A stretch of 64,000 bases of DNA, taken from Candidatus Woesearchaeota archaeon. GTDB taxonomy: Archaea; Nanobdellota; Nanobdellia; Woesearchaeales; JAZDKJ01. Under the pieces are notes generated by a model. It made no database searches. It saw nothing but the letters and a program-made list of their open reading frames with translations, and was not told the DNA's origin. Positions 9,402 to 17,373 of this stretch are shown here, piece after piece. The position numbers and the translations under genes were made by a program. The stretch's first letter is position 1. The number at the start of each line of letters is the position of its first letter. The stretch is taken from NCBI GenBank assembly GCA_043803105.1, contig JAZDKJ010000012.1:32001-96000 (forward strand), written 5' to 3'.

Positions 9402-10922
9402 ATGGTTTCAAAAAGTGGTGATTCTCATATTCTTCTTTACGGCGCCCTTGTTGTTGTAGTTGGTTTGATAGTTATTGTTGGTTTTCGTTCGATTGTTCAG
9501 TTGAACCAGAGTGCTCAGGATGCAGAGGTTCTGCAGTTCATAACAAGTTTGGATCAAGATGCACAAACTTTGTCTGCTAAGCTTGGCTCTTTAACGCAAT
9601 CAACCTACTCTCTTCCTGGTGCGGTCAAGGAAGTTTGTTTTGCCGATCTAAAGGCCTCTCGAGAATCTATTGGTGGGGTTGCTATTAGGAATTATCCTTT
9701 TATTGAGCGTTCTGTTGATTCTGGTGCTGACAAGAATGTTTTTTTGGTTGGTGATAATTTCTTTGAATCGTATTCTGTTGCCAGCTTAAACTTAGATGAC
9801 GGTGTTATGTTCGCCTGCATAAATACCGAAGGTAAGGTTTTACCTCTTGCCTTAAAAGGCTCTACAAAGGGTACTGTGCTTGTTAAGGATTGGAGGGTTG
9901 AGCGTGTTTTGGCTTCTTCTGCGACTACTGATATTGTTTCTGCTGATGGTTCTGCAACACTGTCTGTTCCTGCTGGTGCGTCTGTCTCTCCCACACTTTC
10001 TGTTGAGGTTATCTCTCATCCAGGCTACGATTTCTTGAGTGAGGCCTATAAGTTTGGTCCATCAGGAACAGTTTTTGATCCGGCTGCAACCCTTTCAATC
10101 TCCTTCAATCCCGCTGAGATAACAGTCTGTCCGCCTGATAGGGCACAATTTGTCTTCAAGCTGTACGATGACAATAATCAATTCATTGAGGACCTTCATT
10201 ATGATTCTGTTGATTGTGTGAATCATGTTATGGCTTTTAGGCTTGACCATTTTAGTTGGGGTGGGATTGCTGCTGTCCAGCCTGTGCAGGTTGTTGTTGC
10301 TGTGGAAAATTTGCCTAGCGGGGGGAGTGTTACAGCTAATGGGGTGGCCTGTCCAGCGACGTTATCGGTTCAACCAAACACCGTGGTGTATCTGGTTGCT
10401 GCTCCGGCGACTGCTTTTAGTGGGTGGAGTATCGGGTCAAGCCCAGTGAGAGCAACTGCGAGTTATTATTATACTGCAACCTCAACAGTTATGATCACTG
10501 CTAGGTTTGCCCCTAGGGTCGTCTCAGGCCATGGAAGCGGGACATTCGCCGATCCGTATAAACTAGACACGCTTACGTCTACTGGCTATTCGTATTATAC
10601 CTCCAGTCCCAAGGCAGAATTCGCCTTGCCTTCCGGCAAGATATATTATGAGGTTGACCCGTCAGCATATAGTAGTAATAAGAATTTCCAGTTTGTCCTA
10701 AAAGGATACAATAACCCTTTCATTAATGGTGTAACATTAACTGTTAGGAACAAAGCCACTGGCCAGGATATTTTAACAGAACAATATGTTTCCTCTGGCT
10801 GGACTGCAATATATGATAGGACAGATTCGTCTGCCTTTCCGTTTAGCACATACAAGTTTATTATGGGCATCAGCAACACCGGACCATCTGAACTGGCAGC
10901 TGTCTGGTGGTGGGCATACTAA
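9402..10922 (+). CDS. Modular surface protein 3 (paralog, different linker and tip)
   Basis: MVSKSG-DS plus TM, LDHFSWG, divergent InlB-B-like linker (GGSVTANG...FSGWS...ITARF), GSGTFADPY, tip ends WWWAY. Confidence 0.8.
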   Translation: MVSKSGDSHILLYGALVVVVGLIVIVGFRSIVQLNQSAQDAEVLQFITSLDQDAQTLSAKLGSLTQSTYSLPGAVKEVCFADLKASRESIGGVAIRNYPFIERSVDSGADKNVFLVGDNFFESYSVASLNLDDGVMFACINTEGKVLPLALKGSTKGTVLVKDWRVERVLASSATTDIVSADGSATLSVPAGASVSPTLSVEVISHPGYDFLSEAYKFGPSGTVFDPAATLSISFNPAEITVCPPDRAQFVFKLYDDNNQFIEDLHYDSVDCVNHVMAFRLDHFSWGGIAAVQPVQVVVAVENLPSGGSVTANGVACPATLSVQPNTVVYLVAAPATAFSGWSIGSSPVRATASYYYTATSTVMITARFAPRVVSGHGSGTFADPYKLDTLTSTGYSYYTSSPKAEFALPSGKIYYEVDPSAYSSNKNFQFVLKGYNNPFINGVTLTVRNKATGQDILTEQYVSSGWTAIYDRTDSSAFPFSTYKFIMGISNTGPSELAAVWWWAY

Positions 10923-11040
10923 TGAAAAAGCGGGAAAGGCAAAACGGGATGCTTTTCTGGTAGTCCTCCGTTTTTTTGATATGGCGCATTCTCCGGAAGC
11001 AGTTTTTCTTGCTTGTTAATCAAGTCGAACAGTTTAGCGA

Positions 11041-11123
11041 GTTCTTCATCAAGGCCCTTCATATGATTTGATTGATAGTTTTCCGACGAAAGATATTTAA
11101 GCGCAATTTCTCCCAATCATTGT
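11041..11123 (+). repeat. Array boundary repeat R3 (more diverged thpR 3' end remnant)
   Basis: Reads VLHQGPSYDLIDSFPTKDI*, followed by gcgcaatttctcccaa as in the other copies. Confidence 0.8.
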
Positions 11124-12695
11124 ATGACATTAAAAAGGGGCGATTCTCATACTGTTTTTTATGGTGCTCTTGTTGTTGTGGTTGGCTTGATTGTGATTTT
11201 TGGCTTTCGTTCAATTGCTCAGATGAGCCGGAGTGCTCAGGATGCAAAGGTTCTCCAGTTCATTACAAGTTTGGATGAGGATGCACAGACTATGTCTTCT
11301 AAGGTTGGCTCTCTAACTCAATCAACCTACTCTCTTCCCGGTGCTGTTAACGAAGTTTGTTTTGTTGATTTGCATGCTTCACCTGAAAGTATTGGTAGTG
11401 CTCTTATCGGGAAATACCCTTTTATTGAGCGTTCTGTTGATTCTGGTTCTGGCAAGAATGTTTTTCTGTTAGGTGACAAGTTTTTGGAATCATATTCTAT
11501 TCCCAACCTCAACCTGGACGATAATATTATGTTCGCTTGCGTGAATCCTGAGGCTAAGGTTTTATCTCTTGACCTTAAGGGTTCTGCTAAAGGTGCTGTG
11601 CTTGTTAAGGATTGGAGGGTTGAGCGCGCTTTGGCTTCTTTGGCAACTACTGATATTGTCTCTGCCGATGGATCTGCAACCTTATCTGTTCCTGCTGGCT
11701 CCTCTGCCTCTCCCATGCTCTCTATTGAGGTCATTGCTCATCCGGGTCAGGATTTTTTGAGTGAGGCGTACAGGTTTGGTCCTTCTGGTGCTGTTTTCAG
11801 CCAGCCCGTCACCCTTTCAGTCAGTTTTGACTCAGCTGTCTGCCCGCCAGCTAGGGATGAGTATATTTTCAAGCTTTTTGACGATAACAATCAGCTTATT
11901 GAAGACTTGCAGTATGATTCTGTTGATTGTGTGAATCATGTTATGACTTTCAGGCTTGATCATTTTAGTTGGGGAGGCATTGCTGCTGTCCAGACTCCGG
12001 TTTCTGCCGCTCAGGTGGCGATAAACACTCTCAACGTTGTCATTAACAATGGTGGGGTTGTTATGGCCGCGGTTGGTGGAAATGCAGTTGATTTGCCGTA
12101 CACTGGTGACTTCGGAACTGTGGTTCACCTTGTGGCTGGTCCAAGTTTTGTTGGGTGGAGTAACAGTCCAGCTGGTGCGCCTTTTAGTTCAGCTAACTCT
12201 CTCTATCAGACGTTGACTTCGACAGGTACGATTTATGCCAATTTCCGTGCTAGTGGTCTTACGGGCACGTGGGCTAGTGTCTTGGCTACTGGCTATAAAG
12301 ACAATACCCGCTTTACCAGGGGCGGCATTCCGATAGGTGGATGGGGATATTATTTAGATGCGACCCCATCTCAAGTCCCTGTTGCGGCGGGTGGAACGAT
12401 ATACTTTGTCATTGATCCCAATGCATACACTGGACTGGACTGGACAGGGAGAGCGATTCGTGTCCGCGCAGTTGATTATGACCAGACCAATTCCGGTTCG
12501 TCCATCGAGAAGCAGACAAACGCCCGTTTGATTACTGTAGACAGAGATGGTAATGAGTTATCTGCCCAAACTTTGGCAGGTGATAGGTATCAGTTTTCAG
12601 GGACAGTCTATTACACCAGACCTAGCAAGATTTACATCATCGAAGTGACACAGGGGGATTTGAGAGGAGCTTATTTTTCTTCTTGGTGGCCGTAA
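11124..12695 (+). CDS. Modular surface protein 4 (tip homologous to protein 1)
   Basis: MTLKRG-DS plus TM, LDHFSWG, ANFRASGLTG.WASVLA.GYK, ends QGDLRGAYFSSWWP. Confidence 0.8.
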   Translation: MTLKRGDSHTVFYGALVVVVGLIVIFGFRSIAQMSRSAQDAKVLQFITSLDEDAQTMSSKVGSLTQSTYSLPGAVNEVCFVDLHASPESIGSALIGKYPFIERSVDSGSGKNVFLLGDKFLESYSIPNLNLDDNIMFACVNPEAKVLSLDLKGSAKGAVLVKDWRVERALASLATTDIVSADGSATLSVPAGSSASPMLSIEVIAHPGQDFLSEAYRFGPSGAVFSQPVTLSVSFDSAVCPPARDEYIFKLFDDNNQLIEDLQYDSVDCVNHVMTFRLDHFSWGGIAAVQTPVSAAQVAINTLNVVINNGGVVMAAVGGNAVDLPYTGDFGTVVHLVAGPSFVGWSNSPAGAPFSSANSLYQTLTSTGTIYANFRASGLTGTWASVLATGYKDNTRFTRGGIPIGGWGYYLDATPSQVPVAAGGTIYFVIDPNAYTGLDWTGRAIRVRAVDYDQTNSGSSIEKQTNARLITVDRDGNELSAQTLAGDRYQFSGTVYYTRPSKIYIIEVTQGDLRGAYFSSWWP

Positions 12696-12810
12696 AAAGA
12701 ACGGCGGACAGCAGTTGACAAATTAAAATTAACGAGGGCAGATTTCCCAAACACAATTTTTTACCATTTCTGGAAATTTATATTCGAAGTTCTGTCCTCA
12801 AAAGGTCCTT
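12683..12810 (+). repeat. Duplicated 3' flank of gene 1 plus truncated boundary repeat R4 (12782-12810)
   Basis: tggtggccgtaaaaagaacggcggacagcagttgac...cccaaacacaatttttta matches about 7366-7480, then attcgaagttctgtcctcaaaaggtcctt. Confidence 0.9.
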
Positions 12811-12959
12811 TAATTCACTGTACTGATTCAGAGCCAGACCCTTTTTGTTTAGCATTAGCCAACCGGTGATAACTGAAGTATTTTGGATTATGATTGGTAT
12901 AGATTGACGTGCACATTGAACAGTTAACTTTTTAAACCTCCTGATATTCTCCGTTTTCA

Positions 12960-13014
12960 TTACCGAAGCTGCTGAGGTGAAAAACAAGCAGGTCACTTCT
13001 GGTTTGTTCGGTAA
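12960..13014 (+). promoter_or_regulatory. Structured 5' leader of rps2 (candidate ribosomal-protein leader)
   Basis: ttaccgaa/ttcggtaa closing stem, ctgct/agcag stem and gaggtga/tcacttc pairing. TATA-like tttttaaa at 12929-12936. Confidence 0.45.
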
Positions 13015-13022
13015 GGTTGAAT

Positions 13023-13622
13023 ATGGCTGACGAGAAACTATTGGTTGCCCAGGAAGTTTACCTGAAGTCAGGGATACATATAGGTACCAAGTTCCGCACA
13101 AAGTATATGGAGCAGTTCATCTACAAGACAAGGCCTGACGGCCTTTCTGTTCTAAACCTTCAGAAGATTGATGAGCGCATCAAGCTTGCTGCTAACCTGC
13201 TTTCAACTTATGATCCAAAAGATATCTTGATCGTTAGCCGCAGGGAGAACGGTTGGAAGGCTTCCAAGATGTTTGGTGTTGCAACATCTGCTAAGGTGCT
13301 TGCAGGCAGGTATCCCCCGGGAATACTTACTAATCCTGAGCTAAAGGAATATACTGAGCCAAAGATTATCATGGTTACAGATGCTTGGCCTGATAGGAAT
13401 GCTGTTCAGGATGCAATACTTATTGGAGTTCCGATAATAGCTTTATGTGACACGAATAATCAATCAAATAACATTGACCTTGTTGTTCCCTGCAACAACA
13501 AAGGGAAAAAGAGCCTTGGATTGCTCTTTTACATACTTGCAAAAGAATTCTTGGTCATGAAGGGTCTGTTGAAGTCTGATGAGGAATTCAAATACTCGCT
13601 TGATGACTTTAGCGAGGAATGA
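13023..13622 (+). CDS. rps2: 30S ribosomal protein uS2
   Basis: YLKSGIHIGTK, RPDGLSVLN, GRYPPGILTNP, DLVVPCNNKGKKS. Confidence 0.97.
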   Translation: MADEKLLVAQEVYLKSGIHIGTKFRTKYMEQFIYKTRPDGLSVLNLQKIDERIKLAANLLSTYDPKDILIVSRRENGWKASKMFGVATSAKVLAGRYPPGILTNPELKEYTEPKIIMVTDAWPDRNAVQDAILIGVPIIALCDTNNQSNNIDLVVPCNNKGKKSLGLLFYILAKEFLVMKGLLKSDEEFKYSLDDFSEE

Positions 13623-14283
13623 TTTCTATTCCACTGGCAGTTATCTTGTAGTCAATAATCTTTTCGCCTATTGACCTGTGTTTCTTTAATATCAACTTAT
13701 GCACATTCTTGAAGTTCTGCAGTTCAATTACACATTTGCTTGCATAGTTTAGTATGTCTCCACCAACGATTTTGATGTCATTTCCTCCGTTCATAGGTGA
13801 ATATACCTGGCTTGTCAGGATAACCGGTATGTTTTTTTTGCGAGCAAGGTCTGAGAGGTTTGATATTTGTAGCCCTAGGTCTCGATTCAGCTCATAAGAG
13901 TCAAATTTATTTCTCTGCACTCTGTAAAGCATCACTATTGTGTCCACTATCACCAGGCCTATATTATCAAAATTCAATTTCTTGATTTCCAATAAGACTT
14001 TTTTCTGCTCCTCGAATGAAGCTGGCTTGAATATCATCATGTTTTCCAGGATTTTTTCGTGGTCAGGTGATATCTGCTTGAGTCTTTCTATGGAAAAGCT
14101 ACTCTCTGTGTCTACAAATATGACCTTTTTTCCCATCCTGCTGGCTGACACTGCGCACAGAAGACAAAGGTTTGACTTTCCAGATCCGGCAGGCCCGTAT
14201 ATTGTTGTGATTATCTCTTTCTCATAACCTCCTTCAAGCGCCTTGTCAAGCTCCTCATTCCCAGTGGTTATCTTTTCTTCCAT
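13609..14283 (-). CDS. radB: DNA repair protein RadB
   Basis: GPAGSGKSN, VDTE, basic patch LKKHRS; lacks the RadA N-terminal domain. Confidence 0.92.
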   Translation of the reverse strand: MEEKITTGNEELDKALEGGYEKEIITTIYGPAGSGKSNLCLLCAVSASRMGKKVIFVDTESSFSIERLKQISPDHEKILENMMIFKPASFEEQKKVLLEIKKLNFDNIGLVIVDTIVMLYRVQRNKFDSYELNRDLGLQISNLSDLARKKNIPVILTSQVYSPMNGGNDIKIVGGDILNYASKCVIELQNFKNVHKLILKKHRSIGEKIIDYKITASGIEIIPR

Positions 14284-14395
14284 TTGTATGCCAGAACCTT
14301 TTGTGCTTATAAAAAAGTTTGGAAAATGACCGGTTCTGTAATTATTTAGTTGAAATGAAACATTAGAATTGTTATTGTAGAACTCCTATTATAGT

Positions 14396-14845
14396 TCATT
14401 TGAACTTTGCCGAGACTCCTTCATAAGCTTCAAACGCTTTGAATGCTAGCGTTCTCAACAATGGGAATGTGTTGACTTTTGTTAGCCCTACCTTTGTGAC
14501 CCACTTATAATTTGTTAGTTCCTCCTTTTGTAAACTAATCTTTTCTGGGTTTAGTGCAACAGCGACATAGTCGATCATGAGTTCCCTTTTCTTGATTGAT
14601 GAGTGCATAGAAAAAGGAATCGGTTCTGGTCTTAAATTCTTTTTTACGAAAACATTTGTAATACCACAATCCACAATTTTGACTTCTAGGTTAGTTTCTT
14701 CTCTGATTTCCCTTGTCAATGCCTCAGAAGGTAACTCCCCCGATTCAACATGTCCTCCGACATGCAACCATTTCTTTAATTTCTTATGAAAAACCATCAA
14801 CAACTTGTTCTTATAGAAAATGAAAGCAGTCACGGTGGTTCTCAT
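14396..14845 (-). CDS. NUDIX hydrolase
   Basis: Nudix box GGHVESGELPSEALTREIREETNL. Confidence 0.9.
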   Translation of the reverse strand: MRTTVTAFIFYKNKLLMVFHKKLKKWLHVGGHVESGELPSEALTREIREETNLEVKIVDCGITNVFVKKNLRPEPIPFSMHSSIKKRELMIDYVAVALNPEKISLQKEELTNYKWVTKVGLTKVNTFPLLRTLAFKAFEAYEGVSAKFK

Positions 14846-14918
14846 GAAAATCGTTGGCCTCCTGAACCTTAAATAGTTTTTGGAAAACATTAAATACTCC
14901 CCTTCCAAAATCTTTCAG

Positions 14919-15839
14919 ATGCAAAAAAGGGGTCAGATAACCATTATTCTGGTTCTAGTCGTTTTCATCGTCATCATCCTCTCTATTGTCATTTACCTGA
15001 ATTCAGTCAAGAGTCAGAGGGGCATTGAGACCTCAACCTACAAGGCAGTTGGCTCGCCGCTTGATGCAACTCCCATAAAGTTATATCTGGATTCTGTGTT
15101 CGCCCAGACTGTGGAGCACTCCCTTGCCACAATCGGAGTCAATGGTGGCTACATCAGCATTAACGTTAATGAATCATATAATGAGACAGGCTTCCCAGAT
15201 TATGTCATCTACGAAGGTAGCAAGATTCCTTACTACACTAGGGATTGGGATTTGAGTGGTAGCGTGACACCGAATGAGGTACGTTTTCTTCCGCTTCAGA
15301 ATATCACTGACAGGTTGAGGCGTTATGTGCTTTTTTGGGTTGGAAACCAGTCCAATTTCTCTTTTTTCAGGGAGCACAGCTACATCGTTTATGCACCAAA
15401 TATTTCCTTTCAGGCAATCTCCTATAATCTTACCAAGGCAAGCCTTAGCTATACAAAAGCTAGACTCAATCTTTCAGTAAACGCGAATGATGAGGATGTT
15501 GCCTTTATGCTTTCTTACCCTATTATAGTCTTAAAACGGGAGGGCTCTACCGAACTGGTTGACTTCACAGACATTGTTCCTTATCCTTTGAAGGATGTTT
15601 ACCAGAATATCAGCTTCCTGTTGAACGAGATAGTTTCGGAACAACCCCTACCTTACGACCTTGCAGCTAATTGCAACAAGTACACTGCTGTTAATGACAT
15701 AAGGCTCACTGACCTTGGGGCAAGCGGGCTCATTGTTAACTTTTCCAGGATCATATCTCCGGATTACAATTACACCTTTAGGTTTGGGCTCCGGGATGTT
15801 TCAGTTACAGGCGAGTGCAGAAGCATCCGCACATCCTAA
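14919..15839 (+). CDS. Class III signal peptide (prepilin-like) surface protein
   Basis: MQKRG-QITIILVLVVFIVIILS; many N-x-S/T sequons. Confidence 0.75.
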   Translation: MQKRGQITIILVLVVFIVIILSIVIYLNSVKSQRGIETSTYKAVGSPLDATPIKLYLDSVFAQTVEHSLATIGVNGGYISINVNESYNETGFPDYVIYEGSKIPYYTRDWDLSGSVTPNEVRFLPLQNITDRLRRYVLFWVGNQSNFSFFREHSYIVYAPNISFQAISYNLTKASLSYTKARLNLSVNANDEDVAFMLSYPIIVLKREGSTELVDFTDIVPYPLKDVYQNISFLLNEIVSEQPLPYDLAANCNKYTAVNDIRLTDLGASGLIVNFSRIISPDYNYTFRFGLRDVSVTGECRSIRTS

Positions 15840-15873
15840 ATGTTTATATATTCTCTTCTTATCTTTTCTTCCA

Positions 15874-17373
15874 ATGAAAAGGACTTACCTGGTGCTAGCT
15901 TTGATTTTCGCTTTTTCTGTAGCCCTCAGGCTTTTCTTTGCTTTGAGTGTGCAAAACTTCAGCGATAATGAGGCATATTTTGTTCTTCGCCAGGTTGAGA
16001 GCATCAGGCAGACAGGTCTGCCCTTGTATCATGATCCGCTGAGCTATGATGGTAAGCAGCAGATTTTTCTTCCGCTCTATTATTATTCCCTTTCCATCTT
16101 CAGTTTTTTCCTGCCTGTACAGCTCGTGCTAAAGATTATTCCCAATCTCTTTGCGTCCTGTCTTGTTTTCGTGGTCTATGCCATAACCTTACACATCACT
16201 CGCAACCCTGCCGCTAGTTTATGGGCTGCTTCGGTCTCGGCAGTTATCCCGGTGTTCACAAGCCTTACAGCAAATTCTGCATCAATATACACATTTGTTG
16301 TGCCATTGTTGTTTCTAATCTTGTATTTTTTCATGCGTGCTGCCCAGGAAAAGGCTTTTGTATGGTTTTTTGTTATCAGTTTTTTTACCCTTGCCTTCAC
16401 AAGCGCGATTGCGGCCCTTGTCGCATTGGGTTTTGTGTTCTATCTGTTGATCGCAAAACTTGAGGGTTTGCGCACCACCAAGGCAGAACTGGAGGTCACC
16501 ATTTTTTCAGTGCTTTTCATTCTTTGGTTGTATGTTTTGGTTTTCAAGAAAATTTTGTTGACATACGGTGCCTCTGTACTTTTCCAGAACATTCCCTCTG
16601 CTCTTATGTCACAGTATTTCCGAAATATCACAATTGTTGGTGCTGTCAATCAGGTAGGTCTTTTGCCATTGTTCGTTGGGACAGTCATGCTCTACCACTA
16701 TCTCTTCCGGATAAAGAGCAAGTCCATCTATATGCTTATAGGGTTTACCTTTGCTGTCTTCCTGCTCTTATGGCTGAAGGTTTTATCTTTCGGCGGTGGC
16801 CTAATGGTGCTTGGCTCTGCCTTCACAATCCTTTTTGGCAAGTCCTTGGCATCCTTCCTTGACTACATCGAGAAGACCAATCTTCTTCGCTTCAAGATGT
16901 ATTTTGCAGCTGGTGCTGTGATCTTGTTGGTTGCATCCTCTTTAGGTCCTACCCTGTTCTATTATAACCAAGAGTCTAAGAAGGCTTTCAATGCAGATGA
17001 AATAGATGCACTCCAGTGGTTGGCAAACAATAGTGAGCCACAATCTGTTGTGCTCTCAACCTTGCAGGAGGGTAATCTTGTCACAGGCATTGCTCATAGG
17101 GCAGACGTGATGGACCAGAATTTCTTGCTTGTGCCCAACATTGACCAGCGCCTGTCAGACCTCGATACAATTTTTTCTACCTCCTCGGAAATCGAAGCTG
17201 TCGATCTTCTCACAAAGTTCCATGTTGATTACATTTTTTTTTCTGACTATGCTAAGCTGAAGTACAAGAGGACTTCCCTTGGTTACACAGATGATTTCAA
17301 CTGTTTTCAATTGGTGTACGATAAGCAGGTCCAGATTTATCGTACAAGGTGTAAACTGGAGACTATAACATGA
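15874..17373 (+). CDS. GT-C-fold polytopic membrane glycosyltransferase-like protein
   Basis: About 12 TM helices, SDNEAYF after TM1, soluble C-domain ALQWLANNSEPQSVVLS...VDYIF. Confidence 0.7.
   Translation: MKRTYLVLALIFAFSVALRLFFALSVQNFSDNEAYFVLRQVESIRQTGLPLYHDPLSYDGKQQIFLPLYYYSLSIFSFFLPVQLVLKIIPNLFASCLVFVVYAITLHITRNPAASLWAASVSAVIPVFTSLTANSASIYTFVVPLLFLILYFFMRAAQEKAFVWFFVISFFTLAFTSAIAALVALGFVFYLLIAKLEGLRTTKAELEVTIFSVLFILWLYVLVFKKILLTYGASVLFQNIPSALMSQYFRNITIVGAVNQVGLLPLFVGTVMLYHYLFRIKSKSIYMLIGFTFAVFLLLWLKVLSFGGGLMVLGSAFTILFGKSLASFLDYIEKTNLLRFKMYFAAGAVILLVASSLGPTLFYYNQESKKAFNADEIDALQWLANNSEPQSVVLSTLQEGNLVTGIAHRADVMDQNFLLVPNIDQRLSDLDTIFSTSSEIEAVDLLTKFHVDYIFFSDYAKLKYKRTSLGYTDDFNCFQLVYDKQVQIYRTRCKLETIT

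Noticed and set aside
5826-12695. Diversity-generating retroelement targets
   Set aside because: No reverse transcriptase or template repeat in the window; the tips differ by indels and all substitution types, not adenine-specific changes.
5730-12810. CRISPR array or classical integron attC sites
   Set aside because: The repeats are 80-100 bp, about 1.8 kb apart and derived from thpR coding sequence; there is no attC-like palindrome, integrase or cas gene.
12778-13101. 107-aa minus-strand ORF
   Set aside because: It overlaps the rps2 start, leader and boundary repeat, with no motif.
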